From Octopus bimaculoides (Eukaryota): 62,116 nt of DNA. The notes below the pieces were generated by a model that was not told where the DNA came from, did no database searches, and worked only from the letters and a program-made list of their open reading frames with translations. Position numbers and translations under genes: made by a program. Each line of letters begins with the position of its first letter. The stretch's first letter is position 1. The stretch covers positions 27,346,120 to 27,408,235 of the forward strand of contig NC_068996.1 in the NCBI RefSeq assembly GCF_001194135.2, read 5' to 3'. Below are positions 41,004-54,390 of the stretch, piece after piece.

Positions 41004-42770
41004 ATTTTGGAAGCAGCAAAGCAAGATAGCAAAAATGCTAGTGTCACACTACGCTAAATATTTTTGTATCAGCCAAGATATGGTTGAAGACAAAATACTT
41101 CAGAGGATCACTCTGCACACTCAATAAAAACAAAGTTAGGTCAAATATGTAATTTGGTGAGTTGGAAAGCTTCAATCAACCTAGATTATCCAAGCTACGA
41201 GAAGTCAAAAATTTTCTTTAGATTTAGCATATGAGTACTATATACTTTGCTGAGGAGTTAAATTAGGCCTGTTCTATACATTGGCTTTGAAAATATTTGT
41301 TTCACTAATCAACTGATCTTATCTGCCTTGTTTTAGCATTCTTGAGAGTTTTTGTCCTGATTGCTTGGAAAAATTTCTTTTCAACAAAGTTCTGCAACTC
41401 ACTGTATTACGTATATGTAACACTGATGTAAATAATGCATTGTGGTTACTCTGCTTCATCTTTTGTTTTCTTTTTTTGTCCAGATCCCAACTTGGTCAGT
41501 CTAGTTCTTTATCCAGGTGAATCAAAACTAAGATAATTTGCAACAACTGAGTTAAAAAGTTTCAAGATAATTAGATGTAGTTTGGATATTTTAATTACGT
41601 TGCTATACCAAACTAAATAAATGTATCTAGTGACAAAACAGCTGTAAATCACAGTATACTACACCTACTCTCCACACTACATCTGCTCTCCTACAAAATT
41701 TAATCTTGCATCTATTCGAAAGATGTTAATAGAACAGCCCTCTGAACTCATAATCTATGCCAGATTTTTTTTGTTTTATTAGGCTGAGGTGGTGTTTAGC
41801 AACCACATTGTTTTGATGACAAAATTCTGAACTTAAAATTAGTATTTGTGAGCCATAGCCACTATTACATCATGCTCCTTTTTATCTGCATATTTTCTGA
41901 TGTAATAAAGTCAATAAAGTTATCATTAATTTGTCAACGTTTGTGGGTGCTGGTGAGCAAAATGTTAATCACTTGGCTTTAGTTGTAGCTGTTCCAGTTC
42001 TTTTAATTGATCTGCAGACCTAGAATTCTTGATTTTTATTAATTATTTAGCATAATTTTTTAATGATTTAATTTTTTGCCTGGTATAGTGTATCTTGGAA
42101 AATATCCAGTGCAACTTTTTTATTAAGGGAGATTTGGTTACTGCTACATTGGTGTTCTTGTTGGTTAGATGGATTTAGCTGTTTTCAACCTTTCCATATA
42201 ACAACTAATAGAATTACTGTCATTATTTCATTGATGGAATAAATATTTGAGTGAGTTATTCTTCATTTGGCAGCAGAGGGAAAAGGGTCAGTATTTCTAA
42301 TGAACACTTGGATTTATAAGTAATGGTAGCATATGCTCAAGAGTTCACACAGTTATAATTTTACTTGCTCTCTGCCACATATGAGACAAGAATTGGTTTG
42401 CATGCTTACTTCACATTTCTGTGTTTATCATTATGGAGCTCAAATAAATTATGAGGACTTGTGCACAGTTGTTTAAAATTCTGAAAGCATTTTCATAGTG
42501 GCATGATAAATGATTCTACAAGTATCTGTAATATTTTCAGGTAGAAAAAGCAACTAGTTTAGATGGTCTCTTTCTCTTGCTCTTTTCATTCTTTTCTCCT
42601 TTATTTCTCTTATAGCTCCTCTCTCTTTCTCTCTCACTCATGCAAAAAAATTTTAATCTACTTATCTCATTAAACAAGATATATTCCATTATTCTGTATA
42701 AAACATAACTAACATTTTCTCTAATATCTCAAAAGAATTTTAAAAATTTGAATACTGAATTTGATTTTAA

Positions 42771-42971
<201 letters not shown>

Positions 42972-43178
42972 TAATTTCATTTTTCTTTTTGTATTTCTTT
43001 TACCCTTTTTCAACATTTAGCCAACAGTTTTACCTCACTCAGTTCACTTACTTTCATATTTTTGTAGTGTAAAAATTTTAACTTTTTTTTTTATTATGAT
43101 TGAAAAAAATCTAAGATATTTACTGAAATAGGAATTCTATTGTTGCTTATTAACAAAAATAATTTCTTTTATATTTAG

Positions 43179-43304
<126 letters not shown>

Positions 43305-44192
43305 TGAGTGGTAGTAGTAATTGCAGCAATAGTCTTGGTGGTTGGCATCTACATTTAATATTCAAAATTTTAATATAGTCCAGGAGGTCTGTATTAAATA
43401 ATAAAAACTAACCTTTGTGGTTTGTTGTCAATCTAACACATCATTACAGTCAGTCTCTTATGGAAATTTACCCTGTCAAATATTCTGCTGTCTTTATCTG
43501 AGTATTCTCAGCTAATGCTTGCAAATGAAGGAACTTGATTAGCATCTAGTAGTTTTGTTGACTTCCATCTAGAACTTGCAGGAGCATTACCACTATTGGT
43601 GGAAGGGAGGATATTTTCATGCTGCTTTAGTTTGTTGAAAACAAAATGACAATGCTATAGACCTGTTATGAGGTCTTAATAGTTAACAACCTCATTGGTT
43701 ATTTGAGTATTTGAGAAGCATATTCCATTCTATTTGTTATTGTTGTTTAATTACAGGTTAGCCTTGGTCTCTCAGACCAATGATCAAAAGTATTTCCGTC
43801 TTGCCTTCCATCATGTCTTTTTTCCTATGTGTTGTGACAAAGTGATATGATATAAGAGGGTTTTAGCTGCTATTTCTTGCAAGTAGAATCTCTTGTTAGC
43901 TTGTCTTGACCTATCCAGATTACAGATTTAATCCGAGAAACATTTTGAAACTGCTGCTGGTGTTTGTATCTTCAGATTTATTGCAATTATTTCCACAAGG
44001 AATTATTAAAGTAAATCAAGTACCTGATTTCTGTAATGGTCATACTGTCGTTAAGCAGTTAATAATCTCTGCTACTGTTGTTTCTAATAGTCATGAAGGA
44101 ATCCAAACACATTGAATTTGCAGTGTCCTCAGCAAAAACAACTGTTAATCCCATTTTCCCTCTTTAAAACACTAAGATAATGTTTATGTTAT

Positions 44193-44508
44193 TTAACTCT
44201 TTAGCATTCAGATTAGTCTGTCTAATGATACTAATTTATTCATATTGTTTGGAATTTCTAATGCATTATCTTTTTGCATTGAGAGTTTGATGATGTGCTT
44301 GTTTATTTTTAGTATGATATCATATGGTAGGTGTGAGAGCCTGAACATAAAACAGGTAATATGTGGGCCACATCTGACCAGTTTAAAGGTTAACATAAGA
44401 ATTGGTCTTCTGCATGTTTGATGACCTGTTGAATAAAACAAAATCCCTTTGAGGGAAAAAAAAGAATACATTCGCCAGATATGGTTGGTTTAAATGCTAA
44501 AGAGTTAG
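44193..44508 (-). mobile_element. TTAA MITE in reverse orientation in intron 4
   Basis: TTAActctttagcattcagatt...taaatgctaaagagtta; the interior is the reverse complement of the + copies. Confidence 0.7.
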
Positions 44509-44699
44509 GTATCTGTTTGGCAAACTGAGGCAAGTAATGTAATGTTATTCGCTTGGTAATGCATTAGAAATGAAAGTAGTACTGTTTTGAACTTCTGACC
44601 ATGTGGTTTAATTGGGTTGAGTCACTGAATAAGGCATGTAACAATGATTATCTGAAAATATTTAAAACAAAATCCCCCCCACAACTAAATTAAACCTTA

Positions 44700-45320
44700 T
44701 CATCATCATTTAACATCTGCTTTCCATGCCGGCATGGGTTTGACAGTTTGGCTGAAAACTGGTAAACCAGAGAGCTGCACCAGGTCCGAATCTGATTTGG
44801 CATGATTTCTGTGGTTGGGTGCTTTTTATGTGACACCATCATCAGCAGTGACTACAATCTCACTTGGCTTGACAGATCTTCACAAGCAAGGTGTATCACC
44901 AAAGGTCTTGGTCACTTGTCACTGTCTCCATGAGGCCAGAGCTTTTTACATGCCACTGGCACAGGTGCCCGTCAAACAACACTGGCATCAGCTACAACTT
45001 GGCTTGACTGATCTTATCAAGTATAGTAATGACAAGAGACTGAGACCTGGAGATTTGCTGTGATTGAGAAGACCCGGCAATTAAAGTGAGTTCACAGCCA
45101 TAGCCTATACCAGTTTCGCATAACCAGCCCATTTAAAAAGTACCTTTGAATTGTTGGGTGATACACCATGCTTAAGGAGACCTTTTGAGTCAAGTAAAAT
45201 CAAAATCACAATCAAATCGAAATCAAAATGGAAATTGTAGTTGTGGCTGATGCCAGTACCGCCTGACTGGCTCCAGTGCTGGTGGCACATAAAAAAGCAC
45301 CGTCCAAACGTGGTTTTATG
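44700..45320. mobile_element. RTE 3'UTR fragments in opposite orientations (intron 4)
   Basis: The (cat)n-led minus piece at 44700-45020 is followed by a plus piece at ~45030-45320. Confidence 0.65.
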
Positions 45321-45548
45321 TTGTCTGTGTTCAACATTGCATTTTGTATTTTTCAAGGTTGATAAAATAAGTAGCAGTCAAACACTGGGGTTGATGTAAT
45401 CAAACACCCTTCCCACTGAAATTGATAGCTTGGTGTGCCAAAATATGAAACTAATTAAGTATCTATGTAAGCATTAGCCATGTTCTTTAAATGGTAATCA
45501 TAGTATTATTTTTTTTTTGTTGTTTTTTGTTTTTTTTACTGCTACCAG

Positions 45549-45722
45549 TGTTACATCCATAGCTGATTGGTTGAATGTTGATTTTGCCCTGATTCATAAA
45601 GAAAGGAAAAAAGCTAATGAAGTTGCTTCAATGGTTCTTGTTGGAGATGTCAAAGACAAAATTGCTATTTTGGTAGATGACATGGCAGACACTTGTGGCA
45701 CCATTTGTCATGCTGCTGGAAA
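45549..45722 (+). CDS. PRPS1: PRPS coding exon 5 ([58 protein letters not shown])
   Basis: Long T-tract plus ccag acceptor, donor gtaagt, 174 nt, PRPP/ribose-5-phosphate-binding motif [10 protein letters not shown]. Confidence 0.98.
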
Positions 45723-46192
45723 GTAAGTGTTTTTCAATATTTGCACATGCTGTTTGTATAATTTTTTAAACCTTACACTCTTTTCAAATCCATCACCTTG
45801 CTTCTCTCAAATTTATATCACTGGAGTTCAAGGTGCAGGTGTGGCTGTGTGGTTAAGAAGCTTGTTTTCCAACCCATGTGGTCTTGGGTTCGGTTCTCAC
45901 TGTGCAGCACTTTGAGTAAGTGTTTACTGTAGCAACTATATCCCCAAGCCAGTCAATATGGTAATCCGATCCCAAACCTTGGTGAAAGAAAGAAAGAAAA
46001 TGTTGAGTTTTGGGAGGAGTTCTGTACTCTGTTAAATTTTGCTTTATTCATATTGAATATTTTTGTGTATGGTCAATTTTGAATTTTTTCAATATTTTAA
46101 AGTGATTGGGGAAGTACTTTTCAAAACCTGTTTGGTTTTCATATTCGATAGGTTGTGATACTTTGAATCAATTTGCCTTTTGTTATTTTCAG

Positions 46193-46352
46193 GTTGCTTG
46201 AAGCTGGAGCAGTTAAGGTGTATGCTATTTGCACTCATGGTATTTTCTCTGGCCCAGCCATTTCAAGAATTAACAGTTCTCAGTTTGAAGCAGTTGTGGT
46301 TACTAACACAATACCACAAGATGATAGGATGAAACAAGCACCAAAAATTCAG
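46193..46352 (+). CDS. PRPS1: PRPS coding exon 6 ([53 protein letters not shown])
   Basis: Acceptor ttattttcag, donor gtagga (phase 0), 160 nt, THGIFSG and VVVTNTIP motifs. Confidence 0.98.
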
Positions 46353-46987
46353 GTAGGATCTATAGTTAAGATTTTAAATTCTCAAGCAAATTTTGTTTCT
46401 TGCTTTTCAATGTTTTTTATTTTATTTATTTTTACTTTACAGTTAAATGCGCTAAAAAATATGTTTCTGTGTAATTGTGAAAATGTCTTATCGTTACATT
46501 TCATTAATCATTTAATTTTTATTTAAACCCTTTATTCGTTTTTTTTTTTTAACTTTGGTAATGGATGAGTCACTTTAGTTTCACAATCCTCCCCCCATCT
46601 TTAATATGTACCTATTACATATTGATCCATATGTAACACATTATACAAATTGCCTCTCATGTATTCTACTATGCTGTCATTTTCTCCACCTGGTATTAAG
46701 TTTGATACCAACATCTTAACATTCATTCATCTTTGTTCACTTATTGATGGTTTTATCTTTCTACTACTCTTACATCCCAACTTTTCTAAGAAATGTGATA
46801 GATTAAAAGATGTTTAGACTTCATAATAGGTAAAATAATAAACTAGTTTTCTGTCTTGTTCATTCTATTGGCTGACCATTTAGATTTTCATCAGAATGAT
46901 CTGTTATTGAAATGATCTCTCCAGTGGCTAGCATCCTAACACACAATATTCTTTGATTCTCTTCTTTTTTCTCTTTCCCTTTTTCAG

Positions 46988-47080
46988 TGTATTGATATAT
47001 CGATGATTTTAGCTGAGGCTGTACGGCGTACTCACAACGGAGAGTCTGTATCTTACCTGTTTTCCAATGTGCCAATGTAG
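46988..47080 (+). CDS. PRPS1: PRPS terminal exon 7A, proximal copy ([30 protein letters not shown])
   Basis: Acceptor ctctttcccttttttcag; 93 nt ending in TAG. It completes a 957-nt, 318-aa ORF from ATG 26660. Confidence 0.96.
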   Translation, partial: CIDISMILAEAVRRTHNGESVSYLFSNVPM

Positions 47081-49280
47081 ATGCTGTTGCCAGTTGATTG
47101 ACACTTTTATAATGCAGGTTCTTATAAAAGAAACAAAGAATATCTTCAAAGAAAACATGCATGGTTATTTTGTTTGAAATATATTATTTGCATGTTATTT
47201 GTGAAAATGAATTATGCACTTAACTAAAAATGATGCTTTAGCTAAATATTTTAGCTTTTTCTTCATAATTTCAGATTAAAACTGCTAAAGACTTTATGGG
47301 GTGGGAATTTTTTAAAATAAAATTTACAAAAATTGGGTTTTGTTTTCACTCCTTTTCTCTCAAAATTATTTGTATGGTTGACTCTGTCTTGATAAAGTCA
47401 TTGTAAGATTATGGTCCATATTTTTAGTGAATATGATTAGCTTAATTTTTTTTTCATTCATAAGATTTAAGTTTTTTTTTTTCTCAATTCTTGACAGAGA
47501 AGCATGTGCATGCCATTATTCTTAGAATCTTCCTAATCTTGATTTTCTTTGTTAGGCTGCTGTTGCTTTCTTTTCCTCTTGATGAATTCATTACCTTTTC
47601 TTTTAATGAAATCATTACCTTCTCTAATTGGATATCAAGGTAAAATATTGCTTCAGTGCTCAGATCTCTTAATTTCTGGATAGAAAACCCGAGTATATGT
47701 AATTATTTTCTATTCATTTCAAGTAGTTTTTAGTGCTTTTTAGATTTAATTTTCAATCAATTTTTCCAGAGTCTCCTTCAGAATGTTTTATTAAATTCTT
47801 GTAATGCAGCATCTGCCATTTATGAAAAACAAAATTAGCTATTTTGGAATGTTTCTAAATGAAATTTCAGGCACTTTTCTGATCATTATATGGCACAATT
47901 TATTCAAAACTGTCACTGTTTGCTTCAGTTTTAAAAATCAAAACTTTTGTTAATTCTGTCTTATTCTTGGAATATTTTGAGCATTATGCAAAATATTAGA
48001 ATTAGAGCAAAAGCAGGATACTTTTTATTTTATTTTCTCTTGTATTTTTGCTAGTTTTTCCTTCATTTTCTTTTTCCTCTTTCTTTTCAATGCTTTTGTT
48101 TATCAAAGCAATAGTAACTCTGAGAAGTTTCTTTTTCACATTTGGTCTGTGGTGTGTATTTATTATTATTGGAAATGCTGCTTCTGCTTCTTTTTTCTTT
48201 CTTGATATAAATTCCAAGAAGCTGTTCGGCTTCTTTAGAGTGCTAGTCAATTGTTGCTCTTTGAAAATAAATGACCCTCATATATATTCATACACATCTA
48301 TTAAATATGCATTTTCTATCCCATCCATGTTTATAAATTGGGCAATATTTGATCGGTAATATTTCTTTGTAGACATGAGCATTAGAAGCCTCTTTTCAAA
48401 TTGTGGTAAAAAGGTGATTTCTTTAGAATTTTTTTTTTTAAAATTTTGTTTGAAATTTCATTTCACCAATATCTCTCAATATTCCCTTTCTGTGGGCTAA
48501 GTAATAGGGTCAATCTAAACTGGTTTTTCTTTAGGATTTTTGTTTATATAAATCTTTCTTGATCCTCTTAGAAACTAGAGATTCTGATATAAAGCAGCTA
48601 GCCTATAAAAAAAACATCATAATATAACTATTGCATGAATCTGGATGAAATTGTTGAAACGACAGAATGATCATTGGTGTACATTGTGACTGGCTTTTAT
48701 TTGTTATGTCTTTTCATCTGCCAAGGTAGATTGAATACAGTTAGGTCGATTACACAAGTGTTTCCACTTATATTTACAAGATTCCTGGGCATTGATTTCC
48801 TAATTATTAATAAGTAATAAATAATGACTCTGAATTCTAATTTACATATTAAAGTAATAGATACCTTTTAACTTGAAGATTGAAGGGAGAAAATGATTAG
48901 AGAAATTTATTTGATAAAACAATAAATTTTAAAAAAACGTGGTGCAAGTGGGAAGTTCTTTCTAAAATATCGTTAAGTTTTGTTTCTTGCACAGGAGAGT
49001 TCTTAATTCCAGTTTTTGACACACTGAAGTAACAATGCTATTTAAGCTGCAGTTTTGTGTAGGTTAAGATTTCTGCAATATAGAACTTTAAGGGTCAGTG
49101 ATTACTTTTATGTGTTTGGTTTATGGGTATCTTTAAAATGAGTTTACAAAATAACTAGACATCTGGATATGACAAGTTAGCCCTCAACTGTGTATGAGCT
49201 AATTTCATCTATCCAGAAACTAGAATCTGTGTCATCTCTGCTAAAATTGTCTCTGTATATGTTAACTATCCACACTTGCT

Positions 49281-50819
49281 GTCACTGATTGAAAAGTAAC
49301 ACCCTATTTTAAAATATTTATAAATTATTTATTAATTGTAATTTTTACAAAAAAATAGATATGAGAGGAAAGCTTTTTGTATGAGGTTTTATTTAAGATT
49401 CGATATGAGCTCCAGATGTTGCACCAGCTTCTTGAGTTGACCAGAAATTGTGTCAGCTAATTTCACCAGGAGCTCTTGTGGATGATAGACATAACTAATC
49501 ATATTTGCCCTTCAAGTTCTTCTAAAGTCTTTGTTTTGGTACAGTAGACTTGTTCCTTTAACCAACCCCAAAGAAAGGAGTGACAGGATATTAAGCCAGG
49601 ACTCCTGGCTAGCTACTCATTTAGACCATGATGACCCATCCATCTCTCGGGGAAGTGGGCATTCAGCCATTGACTAACAAGAGCAAAATGTGGAAGGGGC
49701 ACCATCTTGCATAAAAATCAAATCTTCAATATTCCCCCAAGCACTGATAGCTGACCAGATTTCATCTTGCAGCATAATGAGGTACCCTTCAGCATTCATG
49801 GTATTGCGAAATCCTGTCCGAAGTCATCTTACACCACACCATTACTTTGGGTGAATTCTGCATTTTGTCAAAGATAACAAGATCCTCTCCTGCCCAACAA
49901 TAGCAGTTGTGATTGTTCACGAAGCCACCGATGTGAAATCATCAGTCTAAAGTAGTGGTTCCCAAATTGGGCAGCATTGCTCCCCTGGGGGTGGCGGAAA
50001 GCTCCAAGGGGGTGTTGAAGAAAAGTGGGGCAATAATGGGGTAGTGATTCATGTAGAAACAACAAAATAATGGGTTCATTTGGTTAAGTTTTATTTGTTA
50101 AATACAGTTGCTTTGAATTTGCTTCAGAAAGAGGTCTATGTTTGTGGTGATTAGTTGGTTTGGGGGTGCTAGGAATGTGGCCTGGGTGTTGAGGGGGCAG
50201 CAACCCCAAAAAGTTTGGGAACCCCTGGTCTAGAGGATGCCAATTTTCATACAAAGCCAGCATAGTCTCTCCAAACTCCATGCGAATGTTGCAGTCTTCA
50301 GCTGAGAGTGATTGGCAGTAGTGTGGCTTCAAAGTATGTCATTTAGGCTTCTTGAGCACAGTTTGTATTGTGTGAAAGGAGAGCCCTCTTTCCCTTGCTA
50401 TTTGTTGAATTGACTTCCCTGGGTTGCGTATAAGCATTTCTAGAACTGCTTGTACTGTCTCTTGGTCATTGGACTTGGAAGGGTAACTGTTTCTTCAAAG
50501 CCATGAGTTTTGCGGGACAATTCTTGATCATCTTTGTGTTAACTTGGGCATGTATTCCTCTAATGGTCTTCCACCATCTTTGCACAACAGGTTTCCAAAC
50601 TTCGTAACATGCCACTAGCTAGGCATGCTTCTGCAGGGTAAGTTATTCAGCCATGTTTATAGAGCTCAATAAATTTCAAACAGAGTAATGAATCTGGAAA
50701 AAATATTACAGATTAAATTCTCATACTTCAAAAAAAAAACAAAAATTTCAGAAAAATTTACAATTAATAAATAATTTATAAGTATTTTAATATGGGAGTT
50801 ACTTTTCAATCACCCTGTG
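49281..50819 (-). mobile_element. Tc1/mariner-superfamily element (DD41D/rosa-like) with ~75-bp TIRs
   Basis: TIRs tgattgaaaagtaac..aaaata.ttataaattatttattaattgtaa at both ends. Peptide PKVMVWC...IFMQDGAP.HFAL..WLNAHFPERWMG...RSP.L..C..FLWG; DD41D spacing is inferred across a frameshift. Confidence 0.75.
49953..50227. mobile_element. hAT-type MITE nested in the Tc1-like element
   Basis: Ends tagtggttcccaa...ttgggaacccctg; 8-bp TSD gtctaaag / gtctagag (one mismatch). Confidence 0.8.
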
Positions 50820-53671
50820 TGTGTGTATATAAATATATATATACACAAATACATGCGTTTGCTCCCTCTATAAAAGACCCCTGTAATAATGTTGCTAGTT
50901 CTCCTGTCAATAAACCAGCCACTTGCTTTGCTTCTTTGAAGACATGTGAAATATGAGACATTTTAATTTAATCAGATTCTGTAAGTAAAATCATGGCCAT
51001 CCATACATTGTCATGTCCTTTATGGCTGTTCCCCCCCTCCCCCAGCTGAGAGATCTTTGTCTTGCAGGTGTTGGTACCGTGTAAAATGCACTTGTGTCAG
51101 TGCTACATAAATGTACCTGTGCAGATAGCATGTAAAAAAAACACCCTGCACACTCCATAAAGTAGTTGGTTTTAGGAAGGGCATCCAGCTGTTGAAATCA
51201 TATCAGTATAGAGAACAGGCATTAAACAATGATGATGATATGTATATTACACGTTTTTTCCATGAACTTGTAAGGGAACATTGTTATTGATTGGTAGCTA
51301 GGGGAGAGTATAATTATTTTCAGCGAGGATTGATTAGGGATTTTAAAAGGAAAAGTTTTTAATTTCAATTATTATTTTATTTGCATGGCTTGACAATAAC
51401 ATTGTTTCTGGGTGCAAGGTATGGTGTCATCTTTGAGTACTTCTATAATTTGGTGTGCTCAGAATGAATGTGTATTTTGTTATTGTGGCTGAGTGCCAAT
51501 CATTATGGTGTAATTTGTTCTGCTTTGCTTTTGTGGACCAATGTTAATTGTCTGAGACTAAAGGATTTCCATCTTTTTGACATGGTCTTGGCGAAAAAGA
51601 CTACGTTTGGTTACAATTTCATAAAAACTTTCCATAATCTTAATACTCCTTAAAAGGCTTTGGGATAATTTTTGGTGCATTTGAAGAATATTTACAATCC
51701 AACGAGTCTACTTTTAATAGGGTTTGGTGAATTTCAAGAAAAACCATGTTTCCTTTCTTACAGGTAAATTGGTACATTATTTAAATAGCAGTATTGGACT
51801 GTATTTACTATTGAAAATTTATGAAGAAAAGAAAAAATACTTATTTGCATGTGGTTTGGATTTTTGTACAGTTTTTTAAATCAAAAAGCTTTATTTTCCT
51901 CACCAACACCATTTGATGTAGGATATATCTAAACAACCAGCTTTTGAAAATGAAACTTTCCCTCTAATCAAATTCAGTCTAATTTCTGCTACTCCTGTGT
52001 CAACCTTTTGCTGTTGAGGGTCATTTATTATGATTTGAATTTTGATTATTGGTATTTTTTTGTTTTTTCTATTTTGCTGAATTAAAATTTACTAATTCAA
52101 TATTTTTAATTTATCACTGTTAATGTGTGTTTTTAATATTTAATTTTTGTACTTTAACATAAAAATGTTAAGATAGTGCTGAAAATTCTGTACTTTGTCC
52201 ACAGTAGTTCTTGATAACATGTAATTGAGGCAGCCTCTATGACAATCCCTTTTCTCCTGTTTGTTTAACATATAATAAATAGACTGAGACGAAATAGTGT
52301 AACTCTAGGCATTAGTTCACCAGACTGATGGTCTTGGATTTCAGATTACTAGATTTGTCTCTTTAGCCATAAATAGGTACCATGTAATAGGACAGAACCA
52401 TTTGAATTGTGGGTATTTCATTAGGATATATGGTGGCAGTAGTGGTGATGAGCAAGTAGAACTTATTACTGAGATGAAGTAATGAGTGATTACTATAACT
52501 GCATGCTCACAGGTTATCTGGTTCTGCTATGATTCATTCTGTTTTGATATTCTATTGACTAGTCAACATTTATATATATATATATATATAGATGTGTGTG
52601 TATGAGTGTGTAACATTCAGATTACAGCTCTGTAAAGGTTTTGTATAGTCAGCCATATCTTGCCAACTGCATTTATAGGTAATTTAAAAAAGAATTACAT
52701 AACAGCAGCTCAAATGTGTGAATAATATTTATCAACAACAAGCTTGTTCAATTCAGCTGTTTCTTTTTGTTCTATAAGCCCTTGATGAGTACCATCAAGG
52801 ACATATGGAATCTCATTGATAGAACAATCTCAAATGTGTGTCAGTGTGGTAATTTTTCTTATTCTGTTACACTGATCTCACCAGATTTCATTAAAAATTT
52901 ACTTAAGATGAATTTAAACTTCTAAAACATAGCTTTCTCTTCACTTTTCAAAACTTGTTAATGTTTTAGAATAGGGCCTTTTGTGATAAGTTTGTTGTTA
53001 CCTTTGACTACAGCTGACATATGATTCTCTTATTGAAACTTACAAGGATTATCGTAATTAGTCCTGTAGTTGAAAATCTTCCTCTGGTTAAATTAAATGA
53101 TATAAGTTACTCTTTTAGAAGATTGGTGTTAAATGAAAGAAACTACTATAAACAGCAAATAAATTTATTATTTAACTTGAGTAATGCTGAAATGCCTTAA
53201 TATATATTGCAAAACTGGTGTGTGTGTGTGTGTGCTCAGGCAAGCCTGGCTATATTTATAGCCTCATAATTTTAGGTTAGGTCCCCACTGCATGGTGTCT
53301 TGGGTAAGTGTCTTTGGCTGCAGCTTCAAGCAGAACAATACCATATTAAGTTGAATTAGTACACAGAAACTGAGAGAAAGTCTGTTGTACACTGTATAAA
53401 GAGTAAAGATCCCCTTCAGTCATGAATGACCATGGGATTGCACCTAGAAAGTTATTCGAGGCACAAGTCCAGGCAAGATTGTTTATGGAAGACCAGCAAT
53501 CACCCATGCATACCAGCCTCCCCTCTCCACGCCACCGATGTTATTCAAGGGAAAGACAAAGGCCAATACAGCTTTGCACCAGTGACGTCGCAACCCATTT
53601 CTACAGCTGAGTGAANNNNNNNNNNGCCCAGTCTGGGAATTAAACTCACTATCTCATGATGAAGATGATGA

Positions 53672-53709
<38 letters not shown>

Positions 53710-53711
<2 letters not shown>

Positions 53712-54190
53712 GTATGGCCATGTGATGCACATGGACTAAGACAGCTGTGTAAAGAAGTGCTGATCTCTGTGGAGGGAACCTGTGATAGACTTAGACCCAG
53801 GAAGACATGGGACGAGGTGGGGAAGCACGATCTTCAAATGTTGGACCTCATGGAGGCAATGACTAGTGGCTGAGAACTTTGGCGATATGCCATGCTTCAG
53901 AAGGCCCATCAAGCCAAGTGAAATTGTAGTCATGGCTGATACTGGCACGTTTAAAGCATCATTTGAGCATTGGGTTTTACGAAGGCAATGTGGCCAATGC
54001 CAGTGTAACGTAACAGGCACATAAAAGCACCCATTACACTCTTAGAGTGGTTGGCATTTGGAAGGGCATCCAACTGTAGAAGCCATGCCAAATCAGACTG
54101 GAGTCTGGTGCAGCCCCTCAGCTTGCCAGCCCTAGTCAAACCATCCAACCCATGCCAGCATGGACAATGGATGCTAAATGATGATAATAA
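53710..54190 (+). mobile_element. Degraded RTE 3' fragment, sense orientation
   Basis: ggtatggccatgtg...gacccaggaagacatgggacgaggtgg... plus the 3'UTR and gatgat tail. Confidence 0.75.
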
Positions 54191-54390
54191 TAAAGAATTC
54201 TTCAACCAGTGTTTGGGGCGATTGTAGCCCATCAGCATAAATGTTTACATATCTGCTTTTCCTACAGCATTAAGAGCATTTTAACTTGACAGCCTTAGTC
54301 ACATTCAGTGATGATTATATTTTGCCTTTATGGTAGCACATTGTGCCTCGCTGTTTATATTAAATTTGTGTGTGTATGTATATATATATA

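Noticed and set aside
46860-47162. 100-aa minus-strand ORF overlapping exon 7A (also 42729-42923 over exon 3)
   Set aside because: An antisense shadow of a coding exon with no independent coding signature.
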